Below, one piece after another: positions 21,301-33,300 of a DNA stretch of 64,000 nt (position 1 is its first letter; each line of letters opens with the position of its first letter). Source of the DNA: a virus (Duplodnaviria; Caudoviricetes); IMG/VR virus record IMGVR_UViG_3300031867_000048, positions 854-64,853 of that record; one strand, 5' to 3'. Both the position numbers and the translations under genes were made by a program. Below the pieces are notes generated by a model. That model saw nothing but the letters and a program-made list of their open reading frames with translations. It searched no databases and was not told the origin of the DNA.

Positions 21301-24300
21301 CCTTCATCACTTTTTCAAAGTCCTGATTAACCAGGTCTCTGATAGGCATGCGGATAATGGCATCCAGACTCGTCCAATCGTCACCAATGGTTTTGGTATG
21401 CTTGCCAAACAGCCTCAGCACAGCCTCCCAGAACTTTCTCAGGGCATTCTTCACCTCATTGATAATGCTCTTCGGAGTATTCTTCTTAAAGGCTGCTTTC
21501 ATGAACTCATCCTCTCCAGCTGCACCGGACAGACGGGCGTGTACCTCTGAAGCCATACGGTTCTCGTCGTTCCAGATGTTGCGGTAGTTAGGATTGCTGG
21601 CCACCTCTTCCCACATAGCGGTCTTCTTCATGGCGGCAACAAGCTTTTGCCACAAATCAGGATGCTCCTTCATGCACCAGTTATCCCAAAGGTGGGTAGT
21701 CTCATGCAACGGCGTGTTGGGGTTCAGACCGTCCTTTGTCAGGTACACCTGCTTACCATCACTCCATCCCAGCAACTTTTTACCCTCCTTCTGGAACATC
21801 GGCTGACCCTGCATGACAGACTCCCTCATTTCAGGAGTAACGTCGATGCTCCACATGGTAACGCCATCGTTTTCAAGTGCTGGCAGGTCAATCTTCTCTA
21901 CCTTGACACCCCACTTCTTACCATACTTATTCATGAAGCGTGGAAGCATCTCATCATAGAAGCCTTTCATGCCCTCACCACCAATGCGTAAACCGTCGCC
22001 ACTGATTTCGGCGGTTCCGTCTGGATGTTCATCGGCCTCCTTTATGATACGGGCACCAAGGTCTTTGCCAAAGTTCTGAAGTATCTGCTCTTTTGTCAAT
22101 AAGCCTTCCATGCCTTGCTCATGAATATAGCCACCTCTCTTATCCTTGACAAATACATCGTACTGCTCAGGAATGACTTCACCAGTCATGGGGTCACTGT
22201 GCGGATAGGCATTGATGCTATCAATGACACCTCCAAGGTCGTAGCGGTCTGCCTGCTGGTCACCAGTAGTCCAGGCCACCTTATCGTAGCCGTTCTCGGC
22301 TGCGTATCTCAGCATGCGCTTCATAGCCAGTTCATGCCAGTTCTTATCAAATGGGGCATCAGGAATATCTGAACCGCTAAACGGACCATATCCGTTTTCT
22401 TGCAGATATTTATTATAGTCTACTCTAACCTGCATAGTCTTATTGAAAAGATCGCCCATTTTCGACCTCTCTTCTTCTGTAAGACCATAACTGATATCAT
22501 CACGACCATACTTCTTACGAAGCTCAGAAGAATAGTTGTGGTATTCTTCATTGGCTTTGTCGTATGCCATCTTTTCAGGAGCATCGGCTGGCGGGTCTAC
22601 TCGATACCCTTTATCTCTACCCTCCTGATGACGCTTTGACTGTATCTCGTCAATGACCAGCACCTTCTTCTTTCCTTCGTCGAAAGTTTTGCTGTACTCA
22701 TCTTCCAGACGCTGCATTTCTGCATGTTCCTCGTCGGTCATCTTTGTAGACAGTTCCAACGGGTCATCACCTGTAGCATACTTCTCAACTAGTGAGTCGT
22801 AGTAGGTATCCAAAGCTTTCTTAGCGGCTTGGTGATTTGCACTCATACCGTGTTCTATCTCGGTATCACCAAAGCGTACCCAGGCAACAGCACGGCCTCC
22901 TCCAGCATCTCCAAAGTGTATCTCGTCACTTTCGTTCCATGGTTCTATGGTGGGAACTGTCAAAGCTATTTCACGCTTGTTATCTAGGCCATTGGTGGTA
23001 TAGGCCATACGTGTTCCGTTTATTGGGTTGTCGATATCAACCTCTACACCTAGCATCTTGGCTGCATCTTGAAGGTATCTAGGATTACGTACTACCAGAT
23101 TTTCTGTGTCACGCGTAGCAAAATAGGTAATAAAGTCGCTGCCATATTCCTCACGCAACTTTTCAAAAGCTGCATTCTTGGCCTGTGAAGGACTGTCAGC
23201 TTCCTTCCTTGCTTCATGATACAACTCACTCCAGCGCTTGTTAAGAGCTTCCATTGGCTCCCGCATGGCCTTTGGCAAACTGCTTACTGATAAAGAGTCG
23301 TAGTCTTCATCTTTCCGGTCTCTCTTGATGTTGCTGTAGTTAACATCTTCTACCTGTATCTGGTTCTTACGGATATAGTCCAGGAGATCTTGCTTGGTGA
23401 CGCTACCTTTCTGGTCCTTCAGCCAGTCAGAGAGTCCCAGCCACTTATCTTCGCCAGCTTTCAGACCGCCATTCTTCTGTAGCATGGCCAGCCACTGCTC
23501 AGGGGTAGCTTTCTCCTGTTTGATAGCCTCAACAGCACTCAGTGCATTACTGATAAAGATAGGTGCCGCTGTGCTCGTAGCGTTATCTGCGGGTTCATCA
23601 CCCCACATGAAGGAAATAGTCTGCACTATCTTGGCATCGTCCTCGTTAAAGATGACATAGTTGGTAGCACCATTGCCACCTCCCCAGATGGTGCCAGCAG
23701 GATACTTCACACCGACAAAGCCTAAGCTGTTCATCAGCTTGCTAACTCTCTCAGCATCTTTCACCCTGCCACCAAAGGCCATCAACAATCTGTCGTGTAT
23801 CTCCTTGTAGGCAAACTGCTCGCGCTCTATCATGTCAGCCAGCGACTCCCAGCCATTCTTGTAGTTGGTATAGATGAAACTCTGCTTTGGCTCACCATCC
23901 AGCTGACGGACAGCATCGGCAATCTTCTTGCGCAACGGTTTCTTGATGGTTACCATCCAATCAAGATAGTTGTCGCCAGTGTCTTCTGGGATTTCCACCT
24001 TGTAGAGAAGTCTCTTATCTGTCAGATCTGCGTCGCGTACCTTAAAGTCGGACTTCTTGGAGTTCTTCAGGATATTCAGCACTTCTTGCCAGGTATCCTT
24101 CATATCTTGCTCTTCGGCATAATCCATCAAGCGCTCTACAAAAGTAACAGCCTTTCGGATGGTTCCCTCACTATTCAGCGTATCGTATGCCAGACGGAGT
24201 GGGTCAAGCTTGCTCTGGTCAAGGTCAATCTTCTCGCCTTTGTACAATACTTCCTTACCGTTATATCCAGGAGTCTCATCGTTGTATTTTCTCTTGGCTA

Positions 24301-27300
24301 CAGAGTTTGCATAGTCTTCTGCAATTTTCTCGCCATCGGTGAGATAAGTACCCCAGCCAAACACCTGACTGCCTGCACCCTTGCCCATATTGCTATGGTC
24401 AAACTTGGTAAAGGTATAGCCACTGCCATGCCACGTCTCAATGTCGGCCTGCAAGTCCATCGGATTATTTACCTCCTCTGGCTGGGCAATACCTGTTGTA
24501 TCCTTATACTCACCACTGTAAAGCATCTGCTCTACAGACTTTACAATCTCAGAATACGGGCTACCATCAGCCTTACGAAGCTCCTTGTCAGGATAGAAAT
24601 ATTCTACAATATGGGCATTGCCATCGTTTGTAACGCCCGCATTAGGCTTTCGTGAAATGACAATGCTGACACCATTGGGTTCCTCACTATAGTCAAAGTT
24701 GCTGACTGTGACATTATGGTCGGCAAGGCGAAGAGTAACAACAGTTCCGTTCTTGGCCTCAATCGTCACATACTGGCTGTTTGAACCACGTTTCTTGGCT
24801 CCAACGGCCTTTGCAAGCAACGAAATAAAGCGGTTTTTCTCCTCGTTTGATATTTTTTCGGTGTTTTTTGCAAGAGTTTCAAGATTATTTTGTACCTTTG
24901 CAAAGTCAGAGTCAGTAACGACGGCGTCTTTTAACGGTGACTTTTCACCTAATGCGGTTGCTGAAGCTGACGTTTTTTTGTCACCTCCCATCATTTGCAT
25001 CAGTTCGTAGTACTCCGCTGCCTTACGTTGAATTTGTGACTGTGCCGCAACATCCTCAGGATACCCTATATCCATTATCTCCCAGCTTCCATCAGGAACC
25101 AGACGCTGCATACTTTCCAAACCAAACTTGGCAGTACTCAGTTTCTCAAAATACATGGGCACACCGTATGGGTTTGACATATCGTAGATAATGTATCGAC
25201 CTCTGCTTCCGTGCGGACTATTAGCACGCATATAAGCACTACGGGCAAACTCCTTGATAGGCTCCTGGTTCATCATAGAGAAGATCTTTAGCATCTGCTT
25301 CTCTTCTTCCTTGCTGACGGCCTTATAAGGAACGCCTGCATTATCCATCGCTTTCAGCACGGCCTTGGTAGCAAGCTGTTTCACACGCTCGTCTTCGGTC
25401 TTAGGTTTCCTGCCCAGGTACTGTTTGATAATATCATCAGCCTCCTTCTTATCCTTGGAAACCTCTTTACGACGCTCAACCTCTTTTAGCACTTTCTCAA
25501 CAGCATCCTGCGATTTGGCTACAGCCACTGTGCCCGTAGCATCAGCTTCGGGTTTCTCTGACTCTACATCAGCGCTCTCCAAGAATGCCATCTTGTAGCC
25601 TGCCTTTACCAGCTTAGGTGACAACGTATCAAACTGTTTTTGAGATACGGTAACAGTCTGCATGCCATCACGCTCACCTTCGCTGGTGTACGTATTGCCT
25701 ACGGCCTTAGTGCTGTCGCCAACAAAGACATAGCCATCATCAGTGGTATATCCTACTAGCCCATTCTCGCCAGCTTGCTTCTTCAGCTCTGCCAGCCTCT
25801 TACCAAGTGGACTGTTTAGGTTAAAGCCATGCATATCCATGACCACTGTCCCCGCTGCTTCTCTAGCGGGTTCCTCAAAGTCCTCATCACTGAACAGATT
25901 ACCCTCTTCTATCATGAACTGGAAGCGGTCGCTCAGCGGAATGACGTTACCGTTCTTGTCGGTAACCACTGGCTCTGCGCTCTTCAATGAGGCCACATGC
26001 TTGCGCTTCTCTACACTGTCTGCAAGGCTTGCAACGATACCCTTGCCTAGTGCCTGGATACATGCCTCAGCGGTATTGCCAGTATCTACCACATTGTCAA
26101 TGACCACTGGCAGCTTATCGGCAGGCAGCTGGTCTGTAGCTGCTACAATACCCATCTCACTGGAAGCAATAGGCTTGCCAGCATACTTGGCTTTGTACTG
26201 ACTGGGGCGCTCACCACTTGTCAGAACGTCGGCAACGGGTGCGCCTGTGCGCTCTGAGATAGCCTTGGCCAAATCCAGCATGTCGGTAGCCTTACCACTG
26301 TGACTGGGCGCTGGTACCAACACGGCATCCTTTGGAATCAATGGGGCCATCATGTCGGCAACCTTGGCAATTACCTGTGGGTCACGCTCCTTAACGGCAT
26401 GGGCCAATGGACGCATCTTGCGGTAGCCTTCTACAGCGATATACGGTGTGATACCGTTGCCGATATTCTCCCTGAGGGCTGCATCAAACAGCTCCTTGGC
26501 CTTGGCATTGTCACCAGCCTCAACAGCTTTCACGTAATCGTTATCACGCTCTTTCAGCCACTGCTCTACACGCTTGCGTGGGTTCATCTTGTTAGCGAAG
26601 TCACGCACTACCTGGTCATAGACCTGCTCAGCACTCTCGTACTTGATATGCAGGAAGTCACCAATGGCTTTCCAGAAGTCCTGAATGGCCTTGCTGATAT
26701 TCTTCCAGATGTTTCCCCACTTGCTCTTGTAGTTCGGGTCGCGCTGGTTCATACGGGCGTACTCCTGTTCTGCCCACTCAGCGCCACGCTGGCCACTGCA
26801 CTTGGTAATCATCTCCTCGGCAATATCATCCTCGCTCTTCAGGTCGGGGTTCAATGCCTTGATAAACTCCCAAGTATCCTTGTCGGCTTTCATCAGGCCA
26901 ACAATATTCTGCCATCCTTCAGGGTTCAGCCTGCGGAATGCTTCGCACCATGGATGGGCGTACTCATGGATGGGCAGCTCAGCATCAATCTTGCGGGGGT
27001 CCAGATACATCTTACCTCTGTAGACAAAACCGTAGATCTTGCCATCAGGGGTTTCAAAATGTCTCAGTTTACCCTCTTCGCTGTTGTCTTTCTCAGCCTG
27101 CTTGCGTACCTTACGCATCTCTGCTGGGTCGGTGCTGACGTCAAATCCCATACCTTCCAGCTGGTCAACCATAGCGCCACCAATCTCCTGCTGCTCTACG
27201 GCCTGACGGAAGAGGTCGGACTTCTTCTCTATCTCCTTGTCAATGGCAGCAATATCAGCGGTGGCTTGTGCTACAGTGTTCTGCAGCCTCACACCTTTCT

Positions 27301-30300
27301 CGGTATTCTTCAGCTTATCAATGGTTCCAAGCATCAGGCGGGCAGTGCTCAAGTCGGCCTTACGCTTCTTACGGGCCTGCTTCAGCTCGTCAATGCTCAT
27401 AGCCTCCAGCTCACCAACCTTATAACCTGCCTCCACTACTCCCACTGTTTCTCCAGAAGGTTCTGCGGGCTTAGCGTTCTTTCGCTCCTCCACATCTGCC
27501 ATCAGCTGCTCCATATTGTTGCTGACGGTCTCGGTCTGACGGGTACGGCTATACTCTGCAAAAGGCTTAGTCTTGTGGTCGCTATCTTCCAGCCACTTGT
27601 CAAAGACGGACTTACGTACACCAGTCATCTGCATGACGTGCTTATCCCACCAGCCTGGCTCGTAGTTACGCATGTATGCTCTCTTGGCGGCTGCATAGCT
27701 GGGATAGCCATACATCACCTTATGCTCGTCAAAGGTGCCATCCTCGTTCTTCTGGTCTACAACATATACTCTGCCGTTCCAGCTATCCAGATCGGCATCA
27801 TCGTTAATGAAGAAGTCCAGATGGTCACCATCGGTACCATACTTCTTACCGATATAACCATAGGTATCCTGCATCTCAATGCTCCATGGCTTGTCGTTGG
27901 CATCTTTGCCACTGCGTACACTACCCTTTGGGTTCTCGATACTCATTTGATAACCACCAAATGAGATATGACCCATCTTATAGTTACCAGCCTTCTTCTG
28001 CTCCTCGGTAGGCTGGGTATTCACTTCTTCCTTGGCCTTTGCAAGCCTTGCAGGGAAGCTGACATCTTCTTGGCTATCGAAAATCTTCTTGTCGAATACT
28101 GCAGAAACGGCACCGTTGAATGGCAGGATTGTCTCAGGATGGATATTCCGTAACAGGAACTGCATAGCATATCCCTCATCCCTGCTGTCAACCATCTCAC
28201 CAATCTTCTTGCCAGCCTCAGCGACATTGTCTGGAGTAAGATTGCCGATAATGCCTGCAATCTCATCAAGGCGGTCTGCGTACTTCTGCTGGAGATATAA
28301 TCTTGCCATCTCAGCATCATACACATTACTGTTGTTGCGCTTGGAGTATTCTTCAAAGCTCTCGCCGTCGATATACTTCAAGCTCTTCTGCTCTTCCTTG
28401 GAATAGTTGTCATCATCAATCTTGATGACATCTTTGAGGGGACCTACTTCTCCGTTTTCTTCTGCTTCGGCTGGCTTTCCTGCTCCTGAGTCTTGTACTT
28501 CTGGGGTTGTTCTTTGTTTTCGCCCATAGTCTACTCGTCCTCCAGGTCCACTTTCCTGTACGGCTGCGGGAACCTCTTCTTTATCTGCTCCATCGCTGCC
28601 TTGCTGACCTCTTCGCTGGGTTGCTTCTTTTGCTCGATCATAACCAATATTATGTAATATGTTATCAATAATTTCTTGATGCTCTGGACTCAGGCGTGGG
28701 AACAGATTATCAACCTTGCCTGTTGCCATTTGATGCGCAAAGACATGCACAAGATACTCTTCGTGCTGACTTTCCTCTGGCTCGTCCTGATATCTCTCCT
28801 GAATGGCAGCTTTGTGCTTGGCTGTTGCCTCTGGATTGGTTGGAGATGCTGTGTTCCAGAATGCCTCCGACACTTCACGCAGTCCGTTTCCGTAGTACTG
28901 CTCTAGACCTCGGTGGATATTCTCATGGAAAATAGCCTCTTCTACATTCTCTGGAGAGAGATACTCTGCAAAGATATAGATTTTTTTGTTTTCGGTATCG
29001 TATAATGCTGGAACTTTATACTTCTTTAAGTATTTTCTGAGGTCTTCAACAAATACATCTCCAACAATCTTTGCCAGCTGTTCGTCAGAATTGATATCAA
29101 CCATCTCTAATGGTGCCAGCGTTCTGTATTTCTTCAAATACAGGTCAACGCCATCTTTGATAGTTTGCAGATGCTTTGCAGCTAGTTCTGCATCATTCTC
29201 GCCAGCTCCTCCTTGACCTTCTGCCTCAGCTGCAGCTTGCTTACCTTCTTGCCCTTGCATGACCAGAGTACTCTCCTCTTGGCTTCCTCCAGCACGTCGT
29301 TCATTTGTTCTGTCATATTCGTTTGCTAATTGGTTAAAATACTCTTCACTGTTCTGGTAGCCTTCCTGCTCTGCCAGACGCTGCTCTAAGTCAGCGGTAA
29401 AGGCATCATACTCCTCAGGTGTCATACCTGTCATCTGCATGATGGCTTCATCCTCTGCCTGGCGCTGGGCCTCTTCTTCCAGCTCACGCTCTCGCTCACG
29501 GTTCTGCTCGTAGATCAGCTCAGCCTGAGCGATACGGTCATCAATGACGCGATGGCTGATATCGGTAGGCTTCTCTGCCTCCTTCAGCATAGTCAGCAAG
29601 GCGTTGCGTACCTCGTCATCACGGTAGGGACTACCCTCATAGAGGTCGTGAATAATCTCGTCAATACCCTTACCTTGTCCTGTGGGTGCAAGGAAATAGT
29701 TGTAGCCATTGGTGTCATAGCCTGCACCAACACCACGTTTCTTGTCCTTACCCATCTCGGCAATAAGTCCACGTACCTCATGCTCTCCACGTTTCAGTCC
29801 TTCCCAGTTGATGCTGCCCTTACCAAGGTTCTCAGCAATATACTCATAGACATCCTGCGGCTCCACATTGTCAAGGATAGCTGCTGCGTCGGGGTCATCC
29901 TTAAAGGCTTCCTGTGCCAGCTTCAGTTTCTTCGTCTTGTCTGTCTCGCCTGCCAGCTTAGCCATGGCCTGCTCATGGGGTGTCATATTCTGACGCTCAT
30001 TGATAGTATAAGCTCTAGCCAAATCCGTACCCAGCTTCTTCCAGGCATTCATCTCCTCAACCATCTGAGTCATGCGCAGACCTAATCTGGCCTGCTCGTC
30101 GGTCAATGATTTCACCTCGTTTGGAGTAAGGTCTGTCAGTCCGTGCTGATAGTCATCCAACTGCTTCTGGATATTATCGTACGTAGGATACACATCCTGA
30201 CGATACATCTTACTGAGCTGCTTGCGCTGTTCCTCAACAAAAGCTTCACCGTCGCTACGCTCAGGATACTTCTCCACCACCTGTTCTTTGGTAGGCATAT

Positions 30301-33300
30301 TAACCTTCCATGCTGGCTCTCCTTCTGGCGCAACAATCTTAGACTGACTCTTAGCTTTGCCAATCTCCTTGATGCGGTCTTTCTCAAAAGCCAGTCGTTC
30401 CTCATCGGTCATCATAGCCTGACGTATCTCGCCCCACTTTCTGCGCTGGGCATCAATGGTTGCAATCTGTGCCTCCAGTTGTTCTGTACGCTGACGCAGT
30501 GCGTCGGCCTCAGCATCATCGGCCATGGCCATATCATTACTGGTCTGCTGCAAGGCTTGCAAAGCACTATCCTTGTCAACAGATAACTTGGCAATCTGTC
30601 CGTCAACATCACTCAGCACCACCTTGCGGTCTACAGGCTGTCCGTCTGGTCCCACTTGGCTTAGCAGATACTCTGCGGCAACCTCAGGCTTGGTATCCTT
30701 ATTAGTAAGGTCGGGAGTACCTTCTGCATAGCCCACAATACCTTTGTCAAAGCGTAGTGTGCGCTGCTGTTCGGCTGCAGCGTTCTTCTCCTGCGCCAGC
30801 AATTCCTGTATCTTCACCATGTCGGCAGCATCAATAGCCTCAGCCATCTGCTCTGGAGTCATAGCCATACGACTACCGTCTTCCATCTGCACAACAGTAT
30901 TACCTTGCTCGTCCAAACCAAGGGCTGTGACATGGAACAGCTGGTTACCCATCACCATATCAGCTTCCTGACCGTCCATCAGCATACTACCCTCTGCCAA
31001 CATATTATAACGCTGGGCCAACTTATTACCATAGTCAGCAACTTCCTCAGCAATAATATCCTCAGCCGGACGGGTGTATTCAACCTGAACAATCTCGTTA
31101 GAGTCCACCTGGTCGGTGCGGCCATCCTCAGTGGTCACAAAGACGGTGCTGTGGTAACCGTTCATATCACCTGACTGGTAGTACACAATACTGTCATCTC
31201 TCAGGCGCAAAGCGGTAACATCCCCCTGCGGGTCTGCAAACGGCATTATCTGCTCACGCCTCAGATACTCGTAGTCAGCTATCTTTCGTTCAATGGCATC
31301 GTCGATACCTAGGCGCGTCTCATAAGCGTCGATATAGGCTTCAACGGCCTTGCGCTGCTCAGCACTCAGGTATGGTGACTGTTGCTGAAGGATACGCTCA
31401 GCGGCCTCCACATCACCCTGCTCAATAGCCTGCATCACCTGCTGACGTGCATAGCCTGCCTGTTCACCGTCTGGCATCAGTGCCAGCATACGGGCCTCAG
31501 CCAGCTTGCCATCATAGTTCATTGCTGGCAACTGACTTTCGTCCTCAGCAACAGAAGCACCACGCTCATAAGCGGCCTGCCTCCGTTCTGTTTTTGTAGT
31601 CCCACTACCATCTGTAGGTAGCCCACTACCATCATCAGCCACTGTGCCCGTAGCATCAGCTGCGGGTGTTCCTATACGTTCCAAGTTCTCATTGAAGCGC
31701 TCCATATAGGCATCCTGCAAGTTCTTGATATAGGCATCCAATACACCGTTAGCTTCCTCGGTAGTCAGTTCTGACAGCTTATCAAGGTTGTCAACATCGA
31801 CACCTGTTTCTGCTTCGGTGCGACCTTTGGCGGTATCTACCACATCCTGATAGCCTGTCTTGTCAGCAATACGCTCTAAGCCTCCAATAGTGTTGGCTCT
31901 GGCCATCTCCTGCATAAGCTGATAGTCTTGCTGTGCCTGCTCAATACTCTGGTATTCCTTGGTTTCGATAGGATTACCATAGACATTCTTGGTGGTAATA
32001 GTCACATTACCATTCTCGTCAATATCCATGCTGGCACCAAACACTGGCTCCAGACTGAGCACCTTACCAGTGGCGATAAACGCAACCTTACGCTTCAAGC
32101 TGCTGCTTATCTCAGGATTTCTCATAACGGCATCAAAAGCATCAGCATCGACATAGGCTTCTGTAGTCTCTGTGTTGCGCTGGCCTCTCTTGCCTGTAGC
32201 ATCTTCTGTATACTCTGCAGCAGCTCGTCTGACAGTAGCACTTTCAGGGGCAATCTTGCCAAACTCTCCAAGACCTTTGAAGATGCTGTCAAAGTTGTAG
32301 CCTGCCTGTTTCAGCTCTTCAATATCGCGCTGGTTAAGCTGCATGCCCAGGTCTTTGCTTTGCTGGTAGCGCTTCAAGAACTCCTTAGGATGTGTAACAG
32401 CACCAACGGTTTTCATACCCAGCACCATACCAAGAGCTTCGCCAGTGGTATCTGCCCAGTCAACATCGGCAATATCAATACCAAGTTGGTGGGCTTTTTC
32501 AATACCATTAGCTGCGGCAAAGATACCTGTCTCAGCACCAACACCAGCAATGTCTGCTAGTACTTTCTTTGTTAGACCGCTGTTTCGTGTAGCATTGGCT
32601 ATCACGCCTCCAGTAGCACCAAGAATACCACCAAGGGTAGCACCATGTACAGCCTGCTTGATAAGGTTGCCAGCATTAAATTCTCCTTCTGCTAGCTGAC
32701 GCACAGCTTCTGACTGTACATCGTAGGTGGCAAAGTTAGCGGCACTACCTGCTGAACGTAAGGCAAAGTTAAGTATTGGGGCCTGTGTTGCCAGGTATCT
32801 CTCAGCAACTCCTGCACCACCAGCAACAGCCTCTTCCAGGGCGGCATCTTTCAGACCTCTAGCGGCTGCACGCTTACCCATTTCTCTGGTTACTTCCTTA
32901 GCGGCCATACGCATACCTCCCTTGACAAGTGCATTGCCAACGGCTGTTGGTGCGGCAAATCCTCCTGTAAGCATATCAACAGCAAATGGTGCTGCACCAC
33001 CTGCTGCTCTTGTCAGCCAGCTGGCATCCTGAACATACTCCTCTGAGGCCATTGCTCTCAGCTGCTCACGCATGCCACTGCTGTTGGCAACTCTGCGTAC
33101 CATGGCATCAAACAGACTGGCTACAAAGTTCTCATGGAAAGCCTTGCCAGCAATATAATCCAAGGCGCTTTTAGGTGCTCCTTCTGCCTTATACTGGTCG
33201 TAGATGCGCTGTATCATCTGGTCGGCAACCTCATTGGTTTCTGTGGCAAACAACAGCTGCATATATTTCTTCTCGCGCTCACTCAGTGGCTCCGACTCTC

